Positions 13,801 to 25,800 of a stretch of 64,000 nt of DNA are shown here, piece by piece. The DNA comes from Felis catus (lineage: Eukaryota): assembly GCF_018350175.1 (NCBI RefSeq), contig NC_058368.1, forward strand, positions 94,490,001 to 94,554,000, read 5' to 3'. Below the pieces are notes generated by a model. It was not told where the DNA came from. It made no database searches and was given only the letters and a program-made list of their open reading frames with translations. Position numbers and translations under genes: made by a program. Position 1 is the first letter of the stretch; every line of letters starts with the position of its first letter.

Positions 13801-15812
13801 ACAGTTATATGCAGATTTTTGACTGCACGGGGTCAGCACCCTTAACCTCCATGCTGTTCAGGATTCGTCAACTGTCAACATTTTGTCGTGTAGCTTCTTC
13901 TGGAAAGGTAAGTCTTTGACTCGAGAGCATCAGAAAATTAGCCCATGGAGGCTGCCTCTTTCCAAAGTTCATTACCGCTTTCCCTAATCACTGCTTAATT
14001 GTTTTTGATTTAGATACGCATCTGGGCCCGGAAAGATGCCATCGCAAATGGAAATGCAGCCTTTGCTTTGAACATCACAGGTCCTATCTTCTCTTTTCTG
14101 GAAGATTTGTTTAATATTAGTTACCCTCTTCCTAAAACAGGTGAGCCATCTTCTGTTCCAATGCCATTGGTTTCCTATTGTTGGGGCCCTGGGTTAAGGT
14201 CAAGGGTACACAGAAGAGCCTCCCCGGACCCATTGTTACCGCTTAGCCGCTGTCAGAGGCAGCCCTGCGGGTGTCCCATCCGTAAGTTTGACACCTTCCC
14301 AAACACAGAGAGGCCTATCGGCTATTTCTCCATACACTGCCCTGTGCCCGCAGGTGTTCTCAGCATTTAGATTCCTCCTGGGTGTTCGATGCCAGCCTCT
14401 TCCCCTACTGAGGCTGCTGTCCCTCCTGCATTCTGTCCTTTTCTCTCCTAGTGCATGTGTGTGACAACACAGTTCTGGATCCTTTTAGCAGGCCTACGTG
14501 AGTTACTCCATGTCCCATGAATAAGGTTGGTGGTGGTTTATGGGGGGTAGCGTTTGTATGTCTGTTTGTTTTTTAATATTCTTTAGCTGTGAGTCATTGG
14601 ATTAGGACGTGGGGGTCCTTTCTGTCATACAAACTTGGAATCACGTGTGAACCCTATACAGTCCTTGAGGAAATATAGAGACATTTTGTTGCTCCTAGAT
14701 CTCTACAGTATGCCCTTAAGATTGTGTTGAGCCCCTCCGCTCAGAAAGCTGTCCAGCATTTTCTCTGTCTCTGGTATCGTGTCAATGTATCTTGTTCCTC
14801 TGACCTGTTCTGCGAAGTCTTGGAAAAAGTGTGCTCTGCCTTTTTCACCATCAGCTCGGCTGATGGTGGAAGAGGGTAGGAAGTAATTGTCCGGGAGCTC
14901 AAGCCTCCTGAACACCGGCGAGACAGGGGTCTAGGCAGCTTGAGCCTTCTGGCTGGGGAGGAACGGGGAGCAAACCAGGCTTGGCCCATTCAGGGATCCC
15001 GGAAGTGATACCTCTCCTTCTGGGAGTTGGAGGCATCAGAAGCCTGGGCTTGGAGACATCTGTGACTGGAAGATCTCACGGTGACACTTGTCTAGGCAAG
15101 AAAAGTTCCATTTGTCTTTATTTACATAAACAACGGTGCAGTCACCCTCCGTTCCCTGTTCCGTAAAGCACCTCCTCCCTCCAATTAGTCTCCTCGTTAT
15201 TGTCCCCACCCCTTCCCTGCTGGCCCCCTCGAGCCCGTCTTCCAACACTGAGGCACGGGGGATCTTTCCACAGCAAAACCTGACAACCGTGTTACTGTAA
15301 TATTACATATTGCTGTCCTCTTTAAAACCTCTCTGTGGCTTCCTGTTGCCCTGAGGATAAAATCCAAACCCTGTGCCCTGTCTTTACAACAGTGTGTCTC
15401 TGGCCAAACTCTCAGGCCTTTTGGCAACTCCTCCGAGTTGGAAGGATGCCCTAGCATCCGCTCTGTCCCCTCTCTACCTTCCTCTTCTCCTCTCCCTCAG
15501 GCTCTTGCACATGGACTTTGTACACCCTGCAATGCAGTCTCTCTAGCTTGTTAATTTGTATGTTTCTCAACCCAGTGCCTCCTCCTCCAGGAAGCTTTCC
15601 CTGATTCCCTTTTCCTCATGCTTCCACAGCATCCTATGCACCCCTCCATTTGAGCTCTTGACTTAACTACAACTTAATTGTTTCTCTTATTAGATCAAGA
15701 GTAACTTGGGTTCAGGATCCGGCTTGTCTTTTTCTTTGTGCACACAGAGCCTATTGAGACTTCTTCTAGAATGGTAGACAGTAACTTTTTTTTCTTTTTT
15801 AATATTTACTTT

Positions 15813-15867
<55 letters not shown>

Positions 15868-18800
15868 TCCAAAGCAGGCTCCAGGCTCTGAGCTGTCAAC
15901 ACGGAGCCCAATGCGGGGCTCAAATCCACAAACCATGAGATCATGACTTGAGCCCAAGTTGGATGCTTAAGTGACTGAGCCACCTAGGCGCCTCTGCGTT
16001 GTTAGAAGATTTGAAAGAAGAAGTGGCATGATGCTTTTAAGAATAAATGTGGACATTTAAAGATTTATAGACTTTTAGAATGGCAACTTCTCTTCTAAGT
16101 TTTAATTGTGCTTTTAACTTAAAAAAAATTTTTTTTAACATTTATTCATTTTTGAGACAGAGAGAGACAGAGCACGAATGGGGGAAGGTCAGAGAGAGAA
16201 GGAGACACAAAATCTGAAACAGGCTCCAGGCTCCGAGCTGTCAGCACAGAGCCCGACGCGGGGCTCGAACTCACGGACCGCGAGATCATGACCTGAGCTG
16301 AAGTCGGACGCCCAACCGACTGAGACACCCAGGCGCCCCTGTGCTTTTAACTTTAAATAACAGAGTCCAAACTATATATACTACACATCCACACATGATT
16401 TGTATTTTTTGTAGCAATGAAACTCAGGTACAATATAAATCATAAAACAGTGAAATAATGACCATAATCAGTGAGAATCTATGGAGCAAATACTGGTTAC
16501 CTATTACTTTTCTAGGTGCTTTTTTTTTTTAAAGATTTTTTTGGAATGTTTTTATTTATTTTTAAGGAGAGAGAGAGAGTCAGAGCATGAGTGGGAGAGG
16601 AACAGAGAGAGAGAGGGAGACACAGAATTTGAAGCAGGCTCCAGGCTCTAGCTGTCAGCACAGAGCCCGATGTGGGGCTCAAACCCACAAAGTGTGAGAT
16701 CATGACCTGAGCTGAAGTCGGACGCTTAACTTACTGAGCCACCCAGGCGCCCCTCTAGGTGCTTTTTGAACGCAAAAGAAGTAAGTGGCTGGGGCTCTCT
16801 GTTTAAGTAGCTGAGTTGGGGTGATACTTTCAATATGTAGAAACAAAAGCAACAGATCACCAAGTAAGGGATAATGTACTGGTTAAGTAAAAGTCTTAAA
16901 AGAAAGAGGGTTAAGAAGTGGTAATGAGAGTAGCCTACATATATAAAGAACACCTACAAATAAATAAGAAAATACAGTAGGAAAAAAAAAAAGATACCTG
17001 GATAGATGTTATAAAGAAAAAGGAACACATGTAGCTAATACACTTATGAAGAGATATTGAACCTCATTAGTAACTGAGAAATGAATGTCCAAAGCCATGT
17101 GAGGCCCCATTTTATACCTACTCACTTATCAAAAAGGAGGCATGTGACAAATGCCAAATGTTAGAAAATGGAAGGGAGTATCAATTGCTACAACACCTTT
17201 GAAACATGTTTATCATCTTGCAATGTTGATCATTAGAATATCTTAAGACCCAGGGGGCGCCTGGGTGGCTCAGTCAGTTAAGTGTCCGACTTCAGCTCAG
17301 GTAATGATCTTGTGGTTTTTGAATTCGAGCTCTGCATCAGGCTCTGTGCTGACAGCTCAGTGTCTGGAGCCTGCTTTGGATTCTTTGTCTCCTTCTCTCT
17401 GCGCCTCCCCTGCTCACACTCTCTCTGTCTTTCTCTCTCTGTCTCAAAAATAAATAAATGTTAAAAAATATTTTTAATTAAAAAAAGAATATCTTAAAAC
17501 CCAATAATTCCATTTCTAAATAGATCTCCAAGAGGAATTTGATCACTTATGTACCAGAAGACAAGTGCAAGAATGTTCATAGCTACAGTTCTTATAATAG
17601 CCCCAGACTGAAGGCAACCAAAATGGTCATGGACAGGCAAATGGATAGATAAATTACAGTTCATTCACACAATGAAAAACTCTATAGCATTGAAAGTGAA
17701 ACACTTTTTCTAAAGTTAAAAAAAAAATGAACTTGCCAATAGTAATTTAACTTCTGGAAGAATACACTGAAGGGTGAGTTGAGAGGCAGCCCAAAGAAAG
17801 ATGTAACTCAGCGGTTCTCAAACTTTAGCATGCATTAGAACCACCTGAAAGGCTTGTTAAAACACAGATTGTTGCTGCTGTCCCAAGAATTTCTGATTCA
17901 GTAGGTCTGCAGTTGGTCCCAGAATTTCCATTTCTAGTAAGTTCCCAGGTGGTGCTGATGATGTTGGTCTGGGCGGGGTGGGGGGGGGGGGGATCACAGT
18001 ATGAGTTATTACTAATATTCTCCATTAGGGGTTGGCAAACTATCAAATATGGCCCACTGCCTTTTTCTCTACGGCCCACGAATTAAGAGTGGTCTTTACA
18101 TTTTTAAGTGAGTTTAAAAAATCAAAAGAAGACTATTTTGTTGACACATAACAGTTATATGAAATTCCAATTCCAAGGTCTGTAAGTAAAGAGCCAAAGT
18201 TGGGTGCGTAACCAACTGAACCGCCAAGGTGCCCCTGCTTGTTTATTTTTAATGGAAATGGAACCATAGTTTGAGACTGTTCTTTGACTTTTTTTTTTTT
18301 TTTTTTTTGGTTTGTTTTAAAAGGTTGTTACTGTATGTAGCAACATGGTCCAGGTAACTAACTATTCTTTTGTATTGTCATTTTTATTTTATTTTTTGAG
18401 AGAGAGAGAGAGAGAGAGTGAGTGTGTGTGTGCGTGTGCGCACATGCACCCGAGTAGGGGAGAGGGACCAAGGGAGAGGGAGAGAGAGAATCTTAAGCAG
18501 GCTCCATGCTCAGCACAGAGCCCAAGGTAGGGCTCGAACTCGGGAACTCTGAGATCCTGACCTGAGCCTAGAAGTCAGACACTTAACCTACTGAGCCACC
18601 CAGGTGCCCCTCTATTGTCATTTTAAACACAGAGAATGCTTACACATTAATTTGACAAAATAACTTATTTAATCCTCTGTGGTTGAACATTTGGACTAAT
18701 TCTACACCTCCCCTCCCCCACCCATTTTGGGCCACTTTAGAAACACTAAAGAGGGGCGCCTGGGTGGCTCAGTCGGTTGAGCATCTGACTTCGGCTCAGG

Positions 18801-21196
18801 TCATGATCTCACGGTCTGTGAGTTCGAGCCCCGGATCAGAGCCTGGAGCCTGCTTCGGATTCTGTGTCTTCCTCTCTCTCTGCCCCTCCCCTACTCATGC
18901 TCTGTCTCTGTCTCAGAAATAAATAGACATTAAAAAAAAAAAAAAAGAAACACTAAAGAAAACATAAGGAGTGTGTACAAATATCCATGCTGTTTGCCCT
19001 AGTGTAAATTCCAAAAGTTAAATGACTTAGCCAATGCGTAGGAACATTTTTAAAAATTATAAAGCATTTTGCTGGATTGTCCTGGAAAGATTGTAGCAGT
19101 TCACACCCTTATCAACAGGCATTATGCCAATTCTCCTTTACCTAATTATTAATACTAATACAGTACTAATTATTAATCTTCTCACACCTTTGAAAGATTG
19201 TTATATCATTGTTTTAATTTTTGTTTCTGATAATTAATGAAGGTGAATGTTTCAAGTAAGATTTTTGACTTTTAATTGTTTCTTTAGTGAACTGTTCACA
19301 TTTTTTTTAAATTTTAATTTGCTAGGGTTTTTTTTTTTAAATATTGAAAAAAACCATTGTCTAGTTGTTTGTGCTATATGCTGCAAATATTTTTTCCAGT
19401 TTGTGGCTTGCCTTTCATATTTGTTTATGGCGTCTTTTGGTGAACTAAAATATTTCATTGTAACTAGACTATTTTTTAGAGCAGTTGCAGGTTTATCGGA
19501 AAATTACACACAAAGCGTAGGGTTTTCCCATTTACCTCCTCTCCTCCCCCCGCCCCCAGTTTATCCTACTATAAATATCTTCCATTAGGGTGGCACATTT
19601 GTTACAATTGATGAACCAATATTGATACAATATCATTAATTAAAGCCTGTAGTTTACATTAGGTTTCACTCTTGGTGCTGGACATTCTATGAGTTTTGAC
19701 AAATGTATATTGACATATATCCAAAATTACAGTATCCTACAGAATAGTTTCACTGTCATAAAAATCCCCTGTGCTCTACATATGCATCCCTGCCTTCTTC
19801 CCAGAGTCCTGATAGCCACACATCTTTTTCCTGTCTCTCTGGTTTTACCTTTTCTGTAAGTAAAACCTTGGATTGTGAGTAACTTGTTCCAGAGTTCCAG
19901 AGGATGAGCAAACATTTCTAATAAATTTTAACTTGATCAACGAGCAGTGTTCTGTAATATGAGTAGTATGTGATGCTGAACGTCACACGGTCACTACTGA
20001 GCCAATGGTTCCTGAAATTCACTTGGATACACGAGTGCTTTGGATTACCAATGTGTTTCTGGAATGAATTATGCTCGCAAACCAAGGTTTTGCCGTGGTT
20101 GGAATGGTACCGTTGTTTAGCTTTTCCCAGCGAGCGTCTTTTGCTTAGCAATCTGCATGTAAATTTCCTCTGTGATCTCTCATAGTTGGATAGCTCATTT
20201 CTTTTTACTGCTGAATGATGCTCTATGGTTCGCCTTTTGAACTCCATCTTGGTTGCTTCTGATTTTTCCCAGTTACCAATAAATCTGCTGTAAACATTCA
20301 TTTGCTATTTTTTGTGGACTTAAGTCTTCAACTCACGTGGGTGAAGAACTTTGGAGCTCAATTGCTAGACTATATGGTCAGTGTTTATTTAGTTTTATAA
20401 GAAACCGCCGAACTGTCTTCCAAAGCGTCTACGCCATTTTGCCTTCCCACCAGCAATGAGGGAGAGTTCGTGCTGTTCCGTGTCTTCTCCAGCATTTGTT
20501 GGTGTCTTTTGGATTTAAACCATCCTAATAGTTGTGTCGTAGTATCCCGTTGTTTTAATTTGCAATTTTCTGATGACCTATGATGTTGGGCATCTTTTAA
20601 TATGCCTATTTCCTTTTTGCCTATCTTATGTCATAAAGTGTCTCTTCAGGTGGGTTGTTTGCCAAGTTTGAAAAGTTTATTTTTTGTAGTTATGTTTTAA
20701 GAGTTCTCTGTGCAGATTCTTTATCAAAAGTATGTGATTTTCAGATAATCAAAGCGATATGTTTTCTGGATTCTGTCTTCGGTATTAGTCTTCTCTCCCC
20801 TCAGATTAAAAATACTCACTTGCATTTTCTTTGAGTAATTTTATGATTTCATTTTGACATATATCTGGAAATCTCAAACTTTTTGGAAGAGATGATTTCA
20901 TTTTTCCCTCCATTTAAATCCACTTAGATATAATTGCCTTGCCTACTTTTGACAACAGTGCAATGGAAAACTGGGGACTATTGATATTCGATGAGTCATT
21001 ATTGTTGATGCAACCAAATGATCAAGTAACAGACAAAAAGGCTGTGATCTCCTTCATTCTCTCCCACGAGATTGGACATCAGGCATGTGGTAAAATGTTC
21101 TTTCTTATTTCACATGAAGATATTCTCCAGCAGCTCTACCAAGAATAGCAAAAACCAAACCAAAACAAAACAAAAAACTGTATGGTACACCAGATT

Positions 21197-21264
<68 letters not shown>

Positions 21265-24200
21265 TCATTCATTTAATGTTTATTTATTTTGAGAGGGAGG
21301 GAGAGAGAGAAAGCAGGGGAGGGGCAGAGAGAGAGAGAGAGGGAGACAGAGAATCCCAAGCAGGCTCCATGCTGTCAGCTCAGAGCCAGATGCAGGGCTG
21401 GAACCAACGAACCCTGAGATCATGACCTGAGCTGAAATCAAGAGTTGGATGCTCAACGTACTGAGTCACCCAGGTGCCCCTATGGTACACCAGATTTTAA
21501 AAAATCATTCAAAAAGTGGGACAGTGAAGGAAGGATCTGTGTAATCAGATCTTGTGTGGATTTGAACTATTGGTGACGGATCATAGAGATGAGACCTTAC
21601 AGGCCATTCAGAGGTCAAGTATTCATATCCAAAGGTAGACTTTGCTCCACAGAGCCCTGTTCAAGGAAACTAAGTCAACCAGAGGGATGATAATTTGTTT
21701 TCATTCCATCTTATTTTAAAAAGGTCACTGAAAGGTATCCGCATTTCTTTCATCAGTACATCATTATAGACTTTGTTTTGTTTTTTGAAGAGAGGTTAGA
21801 GGGGTGTCAGCAATGTTAATGTCAGTGAGATGAGTAGTTATCAATCCTCAAGGCGCATACCCAAAATCAGTGTAAACAAGGAGTTATTTCTTTAGATCTG
21901 TGCCTTCACACCGTGATTTTAGAAGCTTTGCTGTGTGTTTAATGGAGGTTCTCACACCTGCTTTTTGACCTTGACTCCATTCACACCAGTTTGTCAAGAA
22001 AGAAATGCTCTAAGCTATGAAATTGTTATCTCCTTGCCATGTGGATCTATAAGAAGTTTTGGGAAAGAGTGATTTACTAGGATAGAATAACCCCTTGTTG
22101 CGTAGTCAAAACAAACCTTGACAAGTTTTGATCAGTCCCCCCAAAATGTCATTTTTTTATGATTCTCAAGCGACACATTGTTTTGGAAGACAGGCTGATG
22201 GCTATTAGTGTATCACAGCTGTTATAAGAACTTGACTAAATACTAGGGTATGGATTAGTTGGTTTTAGAAATTATTCTGTTTTTCTTTCCTGATTCTATG
22301 CATCGTCCATTTGGCACTTTCTTTCTGTTAAGGTCAAATAGACAGTAATTACAGCTGGACCACTTTGTAGAACATATGAGTGATTTGTCTATGGCACAGC
22401 TCAAAACATGTTCTTGAAACATAATAACTGCTTCCAGAAAAATCCTGATGTAGTCTATTTGTAGGATGCTATAATTAGTAGGTGTTAAGTGAACATTCCA
22501 AACTTCTGCTTTATTTAACTTAATGTAACTTTTGGGGAAGTGGACAGTTTAGGAAATGATACTCTAGCTTACCTCATCTTTGAACATGACAGGTTTTTTT
22601 TTTTTAATGTTTATTTACTTTTGAGAGAGAGTGAGCGTGAGCGAGGGAGGGGCTGAAAGAGAGGGAGACACAGAATCCGAGGCAGGTTCCAGGCTCTGAG
22701 CTGTCATCACAGAGCCTGACATGGGGCTCGAACTCGGGAACCGTGAGATCACGACCTGAGCCGCAGTCGAACACTTAACCGACTGAGCCATCTAGGCGCC
22801 CCTGAACTTGACAGTTTTAAAACAAATTGCTTTCAGTCATTTGGATGTGAAATAATTATTTCAGAGAAATGCACGACTGCTATCTCTTCATGTTAAAGCA
22901 ACAACCTGCTTTTTGGAGTCCTATTTTCAAGTTTGATTATTGAAGGCAAATAAAGTTTAATTGTGTCTTTGACCTTACATTTATTTAACATGCAATTACA
23001 GTAAATATTACTTAAGTTAAATTTAAGAAAGCTCTTTTTTCTCCCATCTCCAAAAGTGGTTTGGAAATCTGGTTACCATGAATTGGTGGAATGATATCTG
23101 GCTCAAAGAAGGTTTTGCATCTTATTTTGAATTTGGAGTCATTAACTACTTCAATCCTAAATTCCGAAGAGTAAGTGTGTCTGTTAAATTTACTTATATT
23201 TTTTTCTCCTAATTATAAAAGTAATGCATTTCATTGTTTCGAGTGTGTGAAATACAGAAAAATATAGGGAATGTTAAATTATCTGTAATACCAGAGATGA
23301 TCAGTGTTCTCTTTTTCGTGATTTCTTTTTCCAGGATTTTACTCATTATAAATATTCGTAAAAGTGGGAATTACTTTTTTTACACAGAAACATGTAATGC
23401 CTTCTGTACTACCTATTGTATCAAGAGAGTTTCCACAAATCATCATATCATTTTTGAAAACAGGAATTTTTTTTAATATGAAATTTATTGTCAAATTGGT
23501 TTCCATACAGCACCCAGTGCTCATCCCAACAGGTGCCCTCCTCAATGCCCATCACCCACTTTCCCCTCCCTCCCACCCCCATCAACCTTCAGTGAAAACA
23601 GGATGTTTAAGGGTTGCCTAATATTTCATTATGTCACCTTATGAGATATATACATATTTTATTCCCCTACTCTCAGATTTTAGGTCATTTTCACTTATTC
23701 CTACCTAGACTAAATTCTAAAGCTGCTGTAATTAGTAGTCTCTGACTTTAATGGTAAGTAATATCATTAAATAAAATAGAATAATATGGATAATATAATA
23801 TTTTATAGTATTTATAATATATATGTAATATATAATATGTAATGTTACAATATTTATAATATTATATTGTGAAATTATCAGCTATGTTGCTGATAGCATA
23901 TGGAATAGTATGGATAACATATTTTATGGTATTTATAAAATATAATATATATAATATATAATATGTAATGTTATATTTATAATATGTTATTATATTATTA
24001 AATTATATATCAGCTATGTTGCTGATAGCATATATGTTATAGTTGATAGTATTTTGCCATTTTCAATGAATAGTAGTATGAAAATATAACTTCATGAATA
24101 TGGAAATCTGGTGATTTCAACTATAAGTTGTACTTCTGGTCGTTTGGGTAGATTAATTAGGTACTGCTTTTAGAATGTCATGATAAAGCTGAATTGATTT

Positions 24201-25753
24201 TACTTGGCTTTGATCTTTAAATGTTTAGATGTAATATCATCCTTTGCCATGTCCCTCATTTTTTTATAGCAGCCTGGGGTCCTTGCTTCCCCTCTGTCCC
24301 TGCCTCCCTTTACCTTTGTTTCTTTCTTTTCATTTTTTAAAATGTTTATTTACTTTTGAGAGAGAGTGCATGAGTGGGGGGGGGAGGGGAGGAGCAAAGA
24401 GGGGGACAGAGGATCCCAACGGGGCTCTATGGGGACAGCAGCAAACGTGATGTGGGGCTCAAACTCATGAACCCATAAGATCATGACCTGAGCCAAAGTC
24501 CGCTGCTCAACCAACCGAGCCACCCAGGCACCCCTGCCTTTACCTTTCAGATGCTTAGGGTTGCTTATCCTGCTGCTCTTTGCTGGCCTGTCCCTCATCC
24601 CTTCCCCCCAGTGTTTCCAAGCTTGGTTCTTGACCTCTTTCCTTCTTTCCCCATCCTCACTCAGTATACTGATATATGAAAGGCTGATTAATCTCCACTG
24701 GCCAGGTCATTATTACAGGCTAAATGTACTCACTTCAAAGGAGATTCTAAGCTTATGTTTTTCCTATTACATTGGCAATAATATTTCTCTGTTTTTAATG
24801 AGAGGATGGAGACAGTAGGTAGATGATATTCTGGTTTTTTTTTTTTTTTTTGCTGATAATTTGGCAGAATAAAACATTGGCAAACTTGGCCCCATGGAAA
24901 CTTTATTTAACCCCCCCCCCTTTTTTTTTAACCTATTCATGAATTCAGTTTGTGGGAAGCACTGATGTAGCAGCCTCTTTTTTTTTTTTTAAGTTTATTT
25001 ATTTATTTTGAGAGGGAGAGAGTGAGTGTGGGGGAGGGGCAGGCGGAGATGGAGAGAGAGAATCCCAAGCAGGCTCCACGCCATCAGCACAGAGCCCAAC
25101 GCGGGGTTCCATCCCACGAACCGTGAGACAATGACCCGAGATGAAATCAAGAGTCGGATGCCCAAATGACTGAGCTGCCCAGGCACCCCGCAATACCCTG
25201 GTTCCATGCCACCCACCGTATACTTTGTGGACTTCCTATAAATTGCCCACCACCCTGCAGTCCAGCTGCCCTAAGGTGCCCCTGCCCTCCTTCCCCTGGG
25301 TTGGACATCATTACGTAGATAAGGAAACTAAAGTACCGGATGGTCAAGTGACTTGCCCAAGTCATTTGCATGATTGAGGCAGAAGTGATTATAACCCAGT
25401 TGTCTGGGTCTGGTCTGATGACAAAGGTGATGACAATAATAATGGCAATAATACTGCCTTTCCTATACACCAAGTGCTTAGGACTTATGTCCCAGGTAGT
25501 GTGAGTTTCATACATGCCTCATCTTACTCAGTTCTCAAAACGATCATAGGAGTCTAGTTGTCATTTTGTCCATTTTCCAGTAGAGGAAAGTGGCTTAGGA
25601 GCATTAAGTAAGTTGTTCAAGGTCTCATGGCTACTAGATGTCAGAGATGAGGTTCGGTCCCAGGTTTCTCTGACTCCGAGCCCATGCCTTCACCCCACTG
25701 TGCTCTGCAGAGAAGATTCACAGGAGTGTTCTTGTCCTCTAAGAGCTAATGGG

Positions 25754-25800
<47 letters not shown>

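Noticed and set aside
20928..21148. LVRN as a pseudogene because exon 5 lacks a GT donor and reads on to a stop
   Set aside because: A GC donor with a perfect CAG exon end restores the frame, and all other exons and catalytic residues are intact.
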